Below, one piece after another: positions 1 to 13,600 of a DNA stretch of 29,835 nucleotides (position 1 is the stretch's first letter; every line of letters begins with the position of its first letter). This stretch comes from Vezdaea acicularis. Lineage: Eukaryota. The translations under genes and the position numbers were made by a program. Where the stretch lies: positions 62,001-91,835 of the forward strand of contig JAPEUI010000070.1 of assembly GCA_026025075.1 (NCBI GenBank). The letters are read 5' to 3'. Under the pieces are notes generated by a model. That model was not told the DNA's origin, ran no database searches, and worked only from the letters and a program-made list of their open reading frames with translations.

Positions 1-1696
1 CTCATCACGAGAGTTTAGAAAAGACTCTATTGCCATCTGGCTCACAATCGTTTGGATCAGGTTGGTGCGATCTAAGCAGTCCAAACAGTTTGTGCGGAAT
101 ACTCCACCCTGTTGCAGTACCACGATAGGTCGTGTTTGCACACTCCTTTCTCCAGCATGAGAAGGAATCTGTTCTTCAATTTCTTCCGACAAATAATATG
201 CGAACCCTTCAGCAGAGCCCCTAATTAAGCGTCTTATTCCGCCTGCAGCCTCATAGCCAGCCGGTCCTCTAGTCTCCGCGTGGAAATCGTACTCTGTTTC
301 TCGCAACTGACTGTGGTCAGACATGGCGCCCTTTTCAGCTCCAATTGAAAGCGGGCTATGACGTATGTGAAATCGATACCGCCTCGTTAGTTCCGCTTCC
401 CCTGGCCTTGATTCACTCAGCAGATTCAGGACATGCGTGGACCCATAGTTGACCTCGAGCCCTTCGAAATGCTTATCGAAAGCTGGCTGGGTGGCTTCTT
501 GTGACCTGGTTATCTGGATCTTTTGCTGCCCAGGAAGGAGGTTGGTAGCCTGCTCCCAAAACACCGGGACGGAGCCTCGTATCTGCACATACGAGAAGCA
601 CAACCCGCCCGGAGTCCAGAAAACCGTCTCAGTTTCCACAAAATTAGCAACGTTTCCATCATCGTCAATGCCTCGAGCATTGAATCGAGTACCAGCACGA
701 CGACATGAGAGCCGCGATATTAGAGTCAGAGTAGAAGGCAAGCCTGACCGCAAAGTCCGAGCAGGGCTTGAGGATTGAGGAATGGTTGAAGTGAGCACGA
801 AACCTCGTATAACAGATGTCAAAATGTAAGAAGAGTCCAGAGCTTCCCGTTCTAGTCCATTCAGACGTGAACGGAACTTCACAAGAGGCTCTATCATATA
901 AGAGTTCCACAAATAGTCATCATCAAGGTTGTCAGCATCGAACGTCGACGAATCTAGTGACCTGTGAGGAAGTTAGCCTTAGTTATCAACTCAAATTGCT
1001 AAGCACGATCATACATACCTTCGCTGTAACCTGTTCGTTATGTCAAAATCGGAACTAAAATAAAAGCTGCCCCCACTAAGAAGCTTTCTTAGGGCAAGGC
1101 AGGGATGCTCAAGGGCCGGGTCACGTAAGTGACCGTCATTCCCGTAATCTGAGCCATCTTGATAGTAGTCATCAGATGAATGGGCATTCAGATCATCGTG
1201 AGCAGAATGATCAAAGTTTTTCCTATTCAAGCAATCTGTATTTTTAAGACAATCAGTATTTAATACGAGCCCCTAAAGCTATGGCAAGGGGCAGGGTTTA
1301 AAAGATGAATTCATTCATACAAAATTCGACGCCATGTATTCTCTTCACAGTTTCTCGTGGCCTGACAGTAGCCACTTGCAAGGCGCCTGTGACCACACAC
1401 AGGAAAACATCGTTTGCTGTAGTGATAAGACCCAGGGTTCCGTGTGCTGGCAACGGTGTCAAGGATCGATAGTCCGTAAGATCGATAGATGAAGATTCCA
1501 AAAACTCGACCATGCACCGGGGGGGGATGGCACCGGTAGGAGGAGGCTGGAATTGTAGCGACTGAAAAGATCCGACAGAGCTGTTTGCAGATAATTCAAT
1601 ACTAGAAGGACTGTAGCGGAAGATCAAGGCATGCGAGTCGGTCACAAGCGCTATAGCCCTATGTGGACTCTCACGAAGAAGAACTCGAACAGACAT
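1..1696 (-). CDS. Synaptojanin-like polyphosphoinositide phosphatase (Sac1 domain; Inp52/Inp53/Syj1 family), 5' part only, runs off the window start. Exons 1696-1321, 1235-1019, 961-<1
   Basis: Spliced translation gives Sac1 motifs GSFYFS, RRAGTRFNARGIDDDGNVANFVETE, QIRGSVPVFWEQ and catalytic FRTNCLDCLDRTN (~60-100). Introns 1320-1236 (GTATGA..TACTGAT..CAG) and 1018-962 (GTATGT..GCTAAC..CAG) keep the frame. Confidence 0.92.
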
Positions 1697-2303
1697 GGCC
1701 GTATATCATGCAATGATTAGATTAAAGAATGAGGAATATAACTTAGAAGGATTAAGACATGTTGGAAGTTCTCGTGTTGGAACACAGTAAGCTAGCCCCC
1801 ATTGCATAAAAATGATACCTTGCAACGCGCTAGAAAATGTCGCGTCAGCAATGAATTATGATGCCGATGCGGTAGATACTTTGATAATGAGGATCATAAG
1901 ACATATGGAGAGGGGTAAGGGCAACTATTCCCTGGTGTACTCGAGTCTTAGGTGTTTTTCGTTCTGTCAAACAAACAGCATGTTCATGGCAAAGATAGTG
2001 CAAACATAAAACTGAATCAAATCATGACAAACTAACAGCTTCACGATTGCGATTGCGAAAGTGCTCTGAATTTATGTTATGAGCAACAGCTGCAATATCT
2101 AGTCTATACACCGAGAATTGGATTCGCGTAGGCCTCTACTAGAGAGGAATCCGCGCAAAGAGTTTGTGTGATTATCAGTTTGAGTTCGTTAACTGAAAGC
2201 TTACATAACCGCTGACTTTTGAACTTTGTTAATTCCAGACGGCAAACCTTCCCCGTTCACCACGGTTGTCTAACATCCGTGTAGTGAAGTCGTTCTCTTG
2301 GGG

Positions 2304-3300
2304 ATGGGTCTTGCTGGGCCGAGAAAGTCGGTCAAACCAAACCCCGAACGGTACACGATTGCCTTGAAAGCTGACTTATCCTCAATCAGGCGTACAAAAA
2401 TCTCCCACGACCCTAATAATACCCAATGGACACGGTCCACCACCAGCTTCGGGCACAAGATCCTCACATCCCAGGGATGGACGCCAGGGGATATCCTTGG
2501 AGCAAAAAAAGCACCTCATGCGTCGATTCATACCCCCGCAAATTCCTCCCATATACGTGTTGTGCTGAAAGATGATACGCTTGGTCTTGGTGCTAAGCGT
2601 GGAAGCGGCCTAGCCCAGGGAGAGTGCACTGGACTTGACGGCCTTCAAGATCTACTAGGGAGGCTAAACGGAAAAAGTGAGGATGTGCTTCAGGAAGAGA
2701 GGAATGTTCGAACGGAGCTGAAAAGGAATGCATTCGTGCAGAATCGGGTAGGACTCATAAGATTTGTGAAGGGAGGGTTCCTTATTGGTGATAGGATACA
2801 AGAACCTGCAATAAGTGATGAGGTGGTTTCTGAATCTTCAAACCGACGTGAAGATTCCAAAGCTGCCACCCACATCTCAAGAAAAAAGAAGCCGAGAAAG
2901 GACAAACCCGTAAAAGAATCAGCCAAAGTGGAAGGAGATTCTAAGAGTATTGCCTCTAAAAGCGGCTCAGAAGCAGCGTTATCGGATGATATGAAGAAAC
3001 TAAAGAGGCTGCGGAAGCAGGAACGCCGGTTGAAACGAGAGCAAGAGCAGGCCTCACTGATGGAAACCAAAATCAAATCAGCGAAGAAAGATACTGAATC
3101 ACAAATCGAGCCGGCTATAACAATACCTCCAAGCCTCCAGCCGTCAAGCGGAAGAAATGCTGTCCGACAAAGATATATACGACATAAACGAATGGCGCTT
3201 ACAGACTCAAAAGCTATGAACGAGGTAAGTTGGTCGTTACAAGGACTCATTCAGTCACTAATGGCACATTCTCCAGATCCTTATGATCAAAAGTTCGTGA
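2304..3300 (+). CDS. PXR1: G-patch protein Pxr1/Gno1 (PinX1 homolog), ribosome biogenesis. Exons 2304-2326, 2390-3224, 3277-3300
   Basis: Spliced N-terminus MGLAGPRKRTKISHDPNNTQW, G-patch FGHKILTSQGWTPGDILGA...KDDTLGLG, LLGRLNGK, Lys-rich tail, C-terminus AMNEILMIKSS. Introns 2327-2389 (GTCGGT..GCTGAC..CAG) and 3225-3276 (GTAAGT..ACTAAT..CAG). Confidence 0.9.
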
Positions 3301-3433
3301 TCATGCGATAGACAAGATCATTAGACTTTGTTCATTCCAGCGTTTCGGGCATAAAATATACAAACAGACCTAGGAATCCAGCAAAGGCGCTCCAGTGATA
3401 CAGGTATAATATACAAAAGCCCACCCGTGCAAA

Positions 3434-6400
3434 CTATGATATCTTACCGCCAAGCCCCGCCACTTCAACAATGACGTTTCCCACTGTGCTCAACGACCAT
3501 AGCCCAATAAGACCCCATCCGATTCTTCGATCCATTTTCCAGCCATTCATTGGGACTACGACAAGAAGTCCCACAAGCGTGACCAGCAAAGTAAAAGCCG
3601 ATATCATTAGAGTGTTGCTGACTTCAATCTCGTACGGCTTATACTTCATCTTCTTATGTGGGTGTGCCTCGTGACGTCGCGTCCCTTCCTTGACCGTCAT
3701 ATAAAGACCACTAAGCCCGATACCCAGTAATATATTCAACATTGGGCCACCAAAGCAGGCGCTGAGGGCCATGACGGGGAAACCCAATCGGGCTACTGTG
3801 ATATCGGCGACCAAGTCTCCGAGGGAATTCCCAACTGCAAAAATGGTGAGGCCAAGTATAGCGTCTGAGATTCCTAGAATGACGCCAAAGGCCTTCAGTA
3901 CGCCGACAACCTCATTCGCGATGGTGCTGATCCAGGCTATACTGACGACGAAGCCGAGGAAACACATCAAGAAACGCCAGCGAGGTGGCTGGGAGGGAGT
4001 CGTGAAGATTAATAGGAGGAGCAGAAGAACGAGGGAAGTGAGTAAGGCATAGAGGGCGGGAAAGAGGAAGGTCCGGGCTTTCATTGGGTCGGGTGTGCTG
4101 TTTGCCCATAGAATGAGCGCAACAAAAAAGGGGGCTGTGACAACCTGTATGCAGACAAGCCAACGATTCCAGTCCTTCCCTGGAGATGGCGGCGATGGTG
4201 TGGATTCGTTCGGTGGGTTCTGCTGCTGGTGCTGGTGGTGTACATGATGCTGGTGATGCAGATGTTGCTGGTGATGCTCGTGCTGCGAGTGAACCGTGTC
4301 TAGAGTCTTCTGATGCTCCATACGCTGTTGGTGTTCCTCAGCTGCTGTTGCCATGGAGGCTGTAGTACCATGACCTGCGAACCCGGCAAGTGGGGACGGT
4401 GGGTCAAGTCTATGATGAAAATGAGAGCCAGGGCTAATATCAGAGAAGTCAAGAGAATGTCTCTGATCGTTCGTCAGCAAGAGCAAAGGGCTATCTGGCG
4501 GCAACAGGGCCGTTGAGGCGCGTCTTGAGCGTGGAACATCGCCTCTAGGCGTATATGTTTGTGATATGGGTGATACATCTTCTTCACTATCCTCCTCTTG
4601 TTCCGATTCAACGACAGGTAGCGTTATGGTCAGCAGGAACACGGCAGGCGCGGCAATGATTCCGAACACCTTCTCGAGTATATTCTTATCCGGTAAGGAA
4701 TATAGAGTTGGGAAGAGTATCGCGGCAAGTACTTCTGGTGCTGGAAGCATAGAATACGGCCACCAAGCTACACGCTTACCCTCAGCAAATTCGTATTCTT
4801 CACTTGCGCGGATAGAATTAGGGGATATGCTTGGAGGCGGTAATCTTATGCTAGGTACAGAAGAGGCCCCGCCCGCAGAGAACGTAGGAGGAGAGTCTAT
4901 GTATCGAGGGAATGGCGAGGCCGGCGAAGAAGCCCCGGAAGTCCTTCGGGACTGGTCGTTTGGAATCAAAAGCTGGGGCACCTGCCTAAATCTTTCTCGC
5001 TCTGCAGCCGTAGATGATTCATGCGATGTATCGACTGGGGGAAAATAGCCGTCTCGTGGAGGAGGAGCAAGAAGGTCTGCCGTTCCTCTCTTCCTTGGTG
5101 GAGCAGGGCTTGGTCTCCTGGAACTGTTGTTGGATTGTGGAGGTGTTACAGAGATATTTGGAGAAGGAAGCGCTGCATCTGGAGAAGATGTTCGCCTCAA
5201 AAACGTAGTGTTTGCCGAAGGAGTAGGAGGTAGCAGGCCGAGTGTAGGTGTTCGAGCTTGCCCAAGGGCATGCGAACTTAGCTCTAAGCCTGCAGCATCG
5301 CTAGCTGAGACTGCTCTGAGTCTATTGTTGGATCCGTTGACGTCTAGGACGGCTTGTGTAGCGTCGACCCTCAGCCCGTCGACGTCAAGCTCTCGCGCAT
5401 CATCATCGAAAGCGAGTTGGTCCTGTGAATCCGTCGCAGCCTGAGAGCCACCGTACATATTCGAGTAATTTGGATCATCTGAGTAGCGACGAACATTCAA
5501 AGGGACAGCCTGAATGTTTCTGGACTTCTGCAGAGAGGAGAGCACCGCGCGAAACTCTAATGCTCCAACCAAGCTAGGTCTGATTGGGTTGCCAGTATGA
5601 CGGCGCTCTCCAAGGCCGCGACGGCTGACTCTCATATTGCTGCTGATGTCCGCAAGCCATCTTTCACGAGCTTCGTCTTCATCGTCCTCATTCATCGGAT
5701 CGCTTTCAGGGCTTCCCGCCCCTACTCCTGTATTGTGCTCTAGCGCACCAAAGTCTTCCATATGCCTGCGTTCAAGGCCGATATGTCTTGCTCCAGCTTC
5801 CCTATCTTCATCATCGTCGTGATACTCTTCCTGTGGTTCTAGCTCTGCGCTCCCAGGCGCATGAAAGTGGCTTCGAGCCGTATTGAGTCTCTCTCGTTGG
5901 CGGCGTCGCCTTCCTAGCCACCAATGCCAGATTACCACGAACACAACGTAGAACAAGTAGAATCCAACCATGGTCGCACATTCCCAGAGATGTAGACTCC
6001 CGTCAGCTAGAAATACCATGCTGAATGATGCCGCGACGATGAAGAAACTGACATCTCGGACGAAGCTCTTCCTTGCTACCTTGAAGGGTCTCACCAAGGC
6101 CATAGAACCAGCGACAACTGCAGTAATGAATCCAGCAGCACCAATAAGCTCCCCCACTGCTAAACTTCCACTATGGGTGCTCATTGCTGCAAAGGTTGAG
6201 AAGACGTCCGGACTTCCGTTGCCGAACGCTAAGAATGTAACACCAGCCATGCTTTCGCTCATTCCGAGTATCGAGGCAATAGTGCTTAAGTTTATACAGA
6301 AGAAGTCACTCGCAGCGATGCCGATGGTAGTGAACAGCATCCCAAGCCACACTACCAATAGTATAAATGCGACGGGCCGTACATTATTTAGTCGGCAGTA

Positions 6401-6806
6401 GTAGAGGGATAGATAAGAGAGTAGGCCGGCCTCCTCATCAGGGCAGTTGGCACGGATGAAGGCGCATTTGTCGATGGCATGGTGGACGAGCCGGCACTAA
6501 TACCTCCATCAGTCTCATTGCCCCTTAGGAGATAAGGGGTCGTATGCGCATAAGCATTACCTCTTCATCTCGTTTCCTTAATCCTGCTCCTGTGCCCCGC
6601 AGATCGTAAAGCGCATCCGACGTTCGTTGCTCCAAGACACCCCGGTGCGGGCCATGCTGCTGAAGCAGGGACCTCAAGAAACTATACAAGGCAAAGAGGG
6701 AACAGATGATGATCGTAAGGTAAAAGGCCTGTGACGAGAACTTTCGTTTGCGATGGACGTTTTGCAGCGCGAGGACCCGGCGGGTACGAATTGTGTCCGC
6801 GGCCAT
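3434..6806 (-). CDS. Cation/Ca2+ exchanger of the CCX (NCLX/Ecm27-like) family. Exons 6806-6561, 6496-3434
   Basis: Alpha-1 repeat GVTFLAFGNGSPD and alpha-2 repeat GLTIFAVGNSLGD in two TM clusters, separated by a long Pro/Ser loop. Intron 6560-6497 (GTAATG..TAG) joins DEE|CRLVH...CPDEEAGLLSYLSLYYC. Confidence 0.9.
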
Positions 6807-7256
6807 TGCGACAGGCTCATATTGCGAACTTGAGGTGATAGAGGAATTGATCAAGGTCCTTGTCTCTAGACATGATCGGACGGCGGCGCAAGATAAGTCA
6901 AGTAGATTGACAAGATAACGCGTACTTCTTCATGCCAAGTTCCTGGCGGTGAACTCAAAGTATGTTTCCCACTAATCTGTTTGGCTGGCACGATGACGAA
7001 GGTCAAGGATTCGCACAGCCCGCGGGCGAGGCGTAAAGTTGTGGCGTCGGCTGTTTGCCGGGCCAACGGGTTTGTTGTTCCTCGACCAACCCACAGAAGG
7101 GGCCAGGGCGCGTTAGCGAACAAGGATCACGGGTGACTTCAATCATCTCTGGAGACTCTCCCATTGTGTTCATGCGACAGTCTTTCCGGTCGCCTCGTTA
7201 TGCATTGTCGTTGAATGGCCTGAAGTGTCGCACTACTCCTTACTTCATCAACCACC

Positions 7257-10028
7257 ATGCCTCGCGTTGCAAACCCACCGCGCGCCAATGGCCGAAGCAA
7301 ACACGGAGCCGCGGTGGCGACGCCCTTGGGCAAAACACAATTCAGGTAGGCAGATATACTCCATCTACAAGCCTCATGATCTAAGTTTCCTTTTTTGCAG
7401 TATTCCCTTGAATGATGATGCGCAAGAAAAAGCCGTGCGCCTTCAGTCACGACAAGCTTTGCACGACCTTCAATTGAACCAGCTGAAAGCCGCTGCATCA
7501 CCAATGCGCAGACTCGATAATTATAATCGCGCCGCGAGCAATAGCCCGAAGACTCCTAGAGGTACACATTCTGTGAGGCAGAAGGAAAATGAGAGCGATG
7601 GCCTCCCCGCAGTTGCTGGCAGCATGGTCTCTCCAGTCAAGCGCGTTCCGCTCCTTGCAAACTTCGAGGAGTGGATGAAGATGGCTACTGACAATGTGCG
7701 TACACTGTGTTTTGGAAAGAAGTTTTGTCATTAACCATCAAAAATAGAAAATTAATGCCACAAACTCATGGAACTTCGCATTGATCGACTACTTTCACGA
7801 CATGTCTCTTCTAAAGGAGGGGGATGGTGTGAATTTTCAAAAAGCCAGCTGCACGTTAGACGGCTGCGTCAAGATCTACACAAGTCGTGTTGACAGTGTC
7901 GCGACGGAGACAGGCAAGCTTTTGAGCGGGCTGGCGGATAGCGGGAACAAAAAGAGAAAAGGTGGTGAAGAGGAGGGCGCGGAGGAAGAAGAGGAAGAAG
8001 AGGAAGAAGAGGGCGAAGATGGCGCTAAGAAGAAGACAAGGAAACGAGTAAAACAGCAATGGCTTCTACCTAAAGACGACTACGAGCTAACAGAATTCTA
8101 GACACAAAGATCCTCGGAGGCAACGCTGGCGCCGTCATTTTCTTCTTTACAGCTGAAAAAGTTCGAGCTAGAGTTTTCGGTTGACCCGCTCTTCAAGAAA
8201 GCTTCCGCAGATTTTGATGAGGGCGGAGCAAAGGGACTTCTTTTAAATCACCTTGCAATTGATGGTCAAGGCAGAATTGTCTTCGATAGCAGCGACGATG
8301 CAGGGGATGCTACGAAACAAAACGACTCTCGGAGGCGGAAAAGTGCAGCCCTGGAGGAAATCGAAGAGACCGACGAGGATGATGAAACAAGGCGATCAGA
8401 AGAGCCTGAGGAGCAGGAGCCCGATCCAGAGCAAGATGAAGAGGTCGACGTGTTCACGCTTGGAGCCAAGTACTTTCCCAATCTTGCCCTGCTCGACGAG
8501 CAAGACATATGTCCTTCTCTCAAGAACTTCGATCTTGGCGATATGAATGGCTCCGCCGACATCCCATTCCTAAAGGCCCCGGAAGACTGGAGACAAGAAC
8601 GCCATCAGCAGGATGACCCCATGAATCGCTCTGGAATATTTTTAGACGACGAGAGTCCGGCTGGGTTTGACGATGACGATGGTGCCCTGGGTGGCTTCGA
8701 CCTCCCAGCGGATACTGGGTTTGGCGAGGGTGGTGATGCTTGGGCCCGTGATGCCGCAATAGAACCTCAAATGCGAGTTCAAGGAAGCGGATATGATGAG
8801 GAAAAGGACGGTGAGGAGATGGGTGTTGGGGAGTACGACCCAAATAGCGCTGAATACGGGATTGTCTTACGGCAAGGGCCAGACCGAGAAGGTGGCCACG
8901 AAAATATTCTCAGCTACTTCGATGAAGCTCTAAAGAAACAATGGGCCGGGCCTGAGCATTGGAGAATACGTAAAATTAAAGACAATGCACAGAATGCCAC
9001 GTCCACAACAAGGACTCGCAAAGAGAAAGAGCCGTTCGAAATCGACTTCCTGGCGCCCTTGGATTCGGCCATAGCTGAGGCCATCTGCACGCCGGCATCC
9101 TCTAATTCAGTGATCTCTTTACCAAAAGCTCAATGGAAATCGAAAACGAGGAATCTTCTGCCTGATGACAAGCACTTCAACTCTCGTCAACTACTCAGTC
9201 TCTTTCTCAAGCCCAAGGCTCGGGTAGGATCCCGACAAAGGGCTCTCGGCGAACCTCACTCGATGAAAGGATTATCAAGGGCAGACGCGGAGTTGCCGGA
9301 GGGAGAGATGGACGAGGCATTTTGGGCTCAAAAAGGAGAGCCCATTTCCAACGAGGAGGGTATGGAAGGCAACTATGATGCTAATTTCTTCCAAGATGAC
9401 GGGCTCGCTTTTCCGGGAGGTCTACCTGACGACGACAACGATGACGATTTTGCAGACGCACGAGATCACTTTTCGCCCGGTCTTGAGGGCGCTGAGGACG
9501 GCGCCGGAGGCATGCATGGACTAGCAGAGGCTCTAGCTAGCACTGGCCAAGAAGGCGCATTCGGTTCACAGCTCGTAACTCAATCCAGGAGATTGCGACC
9601 TGAGTACGTTCAGTACGCCCGTGTCGCTAAAAAGGTAGATGTTCGGCGGCTGAAGGAAGAAATGTGGAAAGGCATGGACATTGCAAATTATGAGGCTGAG
9701 GTGAGACCCTTGACATTCAAGGGCTTGGACTATGTTGGAATGATACTGACTGAACACGCAGCAACTGCCGGTCGAATCGCCCTCAGAGCATGCTTCGCCT
9801 GTACTCACGGCCAAAGCTGATCAAAAGCCGTTGAAATTCACCTCTGTGATGAACGACTTGCAAGCAGTCTACCCCAAACAAGCGATGGCGGACATTTCCA
9901 CGTCCTATTGTTTCATTTGCCTCTTACATCTTGCAAACGAAAAAGGGTTGGCCATCGAATCAGAGGAGAGCCTGGTCGAGCTGAATATTCGCAAGGACGC
10001 TTCGGCAGTCATCGAAGGAGAAGCATGA
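7257..10028 (+). CDS. BRN1: Condensin kleisin subunit (Brn1/Cnd2/CAP-H). Exons 7257-7345, 7401-7695, 7748-8047, 8102-9700, 9762-10028
   Basis: NFEEWMKMATDNKINATNSWNFALIDYFHD, NFQKASCTLDGCVKIYTSRVDSV, DPLFKKASADFDEGGAKGLLLN, WAGPEHW, YARVAKKVDVRRLK, FICLLHLANEKGL. Four GT-AG introns of 52-61 nt keep the frame. Confidence 0.95.
7982..8011 (+). repeat. (GAGGAAGAA)x3 coding microsatellite encoding poly-Glu in BRN1
   Basis: Three perfect 9-nt units plus GAG read directly from the sequence. Confidence 0.8.
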
Positions 10029-10680
10029 AATGAGCCCTTGTCGAGGCAGGAACTGGCGTCATTGGGATTAATCTAAGCATTTTCGGCTGCGTGGGCATGG
10101 GCATTGGTTTGCTAGAGTAAATAACCCTTTTTTTGGCGTTCATGTGTCAAGGGTCTTGAGGACAGACAGCTATATAACTGTGAAGGACGTAGGACCTGAT
10201 CTGATTACTGAGGTAGACTGTCTATGAACATTATCAACGTGAATTGCCTAAGGAAATGGGCCATAGAATGAGCCAACTTGAGCGACACCGCACCCAAGAA
10301 GTTATGACAAATGCGAGCTTGATGTGAATGTGCGATCCTACCCTGAAACAAACTTCATTTTTCTTATTGCTCAATGCCACGGAATTGCTGCTGTGATTAA
10401 ATAGTTGTGTTCCTCATGTTGAGCTACAGCTCATTAAACTTTCGGCAAATTTCATAGGTCAGTGCCAAGAAAATAACAGCCACAGCCCAGCTCGTACCTC
10501 TGTCACTCCTGGAAATAGCTCCATGTGCTGTGCTGTGCTTTCGTACGCTCGCCGCGTCAACCATTACTTGATTACCGGAGCTACTTCCTCCTCCTGCACC
10601 GCAGCTAGCATCACTTCGACGGAGCGTTAGACTCCATCTCCCCTCCTCACACCACACTCTGGAGCGCGGCAATCACCACA

Positions 10681-13600
10681 ATGTTTTCAAACTCGAATTC
10701 ATACTTAGGTGGTGGCAACAGCGGACGACCTGGGCCACCTCAGTATGGTCAATCTCAGTATGGAGTGCCACAACAGCCTCAGCAGCAGCAACAAACAAAT
10801 GGATTTGCTCCCCAACAGACTGGCTATGGAGCAGCTCCGCTACAGACGCAGTATACTAGGTTTCCTGTCCAACCACAGCAGACTCTTCAAGCGCCGGCGC
10901 CGCCGCAGCAGCCGCAGGTGACGGGGTTTCTTGCGCCGGGTCAGCAGCAACAGTTCCAGGGCCAGCAGCCTTTACAACAGTATCAGCAAACTGGACAGCA
11001 GGGAGCCCCTCCGCCGACTCCGCTAAAACCGCAGCAGACCTCGTCTCAAATCGCCCAGTCTTTCCAGACAAGTGCTTCCACACCCGCCAGAGAAAGAAAG
11101 GCATCTAAGTCTAGCGCGAAGATTCCCAATATAAGACTATCTTTCATTACGGCTACGGATCAAGCAAAGTTTGAACAACTCTTCAAATCAGCAGTCGGAG
11201 ATGGCTCAGCGCTCTCAGGTAGGGCCCTCGAGAAGCTCCCCTCGACCTGTTCCCTAACGTTCCTATAGGAGATAAAGCACGCGATTTACTGCTACGATCT
11301 AAGCTCCCTGGCGAGTCTCTTTCGCAAATATGGTATGCTTACAGCACTCAATTAGCTATAGTCCTACTCTAACTTGCCCAGGACGCTATCGGATACTACA
11401 AAATCTGGCCAGCTCCTCTTCCCGGAGTTTGCCCTTGCAATGTATCTGTGCAATCTAAGATTGGTTGGCAAGGAGCTGCCAAGTGCCTTACCTGAGCGCG
11501 TCGCAAATGAAGTGTCGAGCATGGTCGATATCATTTCTTTTAATGTCGAAGATCATGCACCGCCACCTCCGCCTCGAAGCAATGCTCCTTCTTTCGACGC
11601 TCCTTTACGGCAGAATACTTTATCACCACCCGCTCCTCAACAGCCTCAGCCCCAACCTCAACAGTACCCAAGTGCCCAATTGCTTTCGCAGCTCTCTGCT
11701 CAGCCTACTGGAGCTTTGAACCAAGCAACAGGCTTTCAACCCCAACCGACAGGCTTTCAACCACAGCCGACAGGCTTCCAACCTCAAGCGACCGGCTTCC
11801 AGCCACAGCAAACTGGATTTCTCCAAGCTAATCCGCAACCAACTGGATACAATGGACCACTTCCTCCAATGCCACCTATGCCGACTGGGATAGGACAAGG
11901 TCTTTCACCTGGAAGTACAGGTGTTGCGCCGCTCAATTCACAACCAACTGGTGTACCAGGGCAGTGGGGACTTGTCAATGCGCCTGCGACTGGGCTACCA
12001 AATATCGACACCTTACATCAGCGTATGATGCCGCAGCCTGGTCGTGAAGGTGCTTTCACAACCGCCGGACTCGCTGGGAATGCCACCATTCCTTGGGCTG
12101 TAACAAAGGACGAGAAGAAGATCTATGACCAACTTTTCAAGGCGTGGGACGGGTTCAACAAGGGATTCATTGGGGGTGATGTCGCTATCGAGGTATTCGG
12201 TCAGAGTGGCTTACCAAAACCGGATCTGGAAAGGATCTGGACTCTAGCCGACGCGGGGAACAAGGGCAGACTGAACATGGACGAGTTTGCTGTGGCCATG
12301 CATCTTATTTATCGCAAGCTCAATGGGTATCCAGTACCCAATCGGCTACCTCCTGAGCTTGTACCTCCTTCGACTAGAAATTTCTCGGAGTCAATCGGCA
12401 CTGTGAAGTCACTACTTCATCAAGACGCAGAGAGTAGGAAGAACTCGGGCGCGACTCTGCTTCCTCAGAGGACTGGGGTTAGCTATCTTAAGAATCACTC
12501 CTTTCGGACAGATTCAGGCGGTGCTGGTCGAAAAGATGCAACAGTTTTCAGGAATAACGATGACGAAGTTGGCTATCGTTCGAGCGCTCGGCGAAGGTTA
12601 GGAGCGGAGGGAGAAAGGCGCTCGCCTTCGCCAGCGCAGCCCGGCTCTCCATCATCTGAGAGGTCCAGTGATGAACTGTCTTTAGAGCAGTTACGGAAAA
12701 AGATTCGCGAGAAACAAGTCCTTCTGGATGCAATTGACTTTAAAGATGAGAATGCTGCAGACGAAGACGACATGCTGGACAGGAGAGACCGACGTGATGC
12801 TGAAGACCTCTACAGGCGGATCCGTCGAATCCAAGAGGACATTGACAGCCACCCAGATGCCTCGCTACGAAGCGTTGACTCTGGAGCGGAACGACGTGCT
12901 CTCCGACGCCAGTTGCAAGCACTTACAGACAAGCTTCCAGACCTTGCCTCCAGAGTCAGACGGACAGAGAGAAGCATAGCAGATGCCAGCCTTGAATTGT
13001 TCCGCTTAAAGGACGCAAAGGCTCATCCGAACAGCGCATCAGCCATAGTTGGCACTGGACCAGGTGGAGTAGTTACAGAATCAGATAGACTCAAGGCTCG
13101 GGCTAAGGCCATGATGCAACAAAGATCTGCAGCTCTGACAGGAAAGCCCATTCCGGCTGCTGATGACTCCTCGGATGCGCCGAGGCGGTTAGAAGAGGAG
13201 AGCTCACGAATCAAGACTGAGAAGGAGAACAATGAACGTATGGTGCAAGACGTCGAGGATAGTGTGCGAGACTTTAGCAGGGGCCTCGAAGATAACCTCA
13301 AAGAGGGTAACGAAGATACTACTTCAGAGCATGAAAAGCGGAGATGGGAAGATGGCCTTGGTGTTGAAGATGAGGTCAAGGACTTCATTTTCGACCTTCA
13401 AAGGAGTAGTAGAGCTACCAGAGTTAGGCGTACAGAGTAAGTTTCCAAGCATGTGATGCCTCTCAAATGTCCTGACAAGATCTACAGTAACGATCGTTCA
13501 AGAGGAGAACGAACAGGAAGGAGTGAAGGACGATATGGAAGTGATGATCGTGACCGAACTCCCACACGATATGATAGCCCGGTCTCAACGAGTGATGCGT

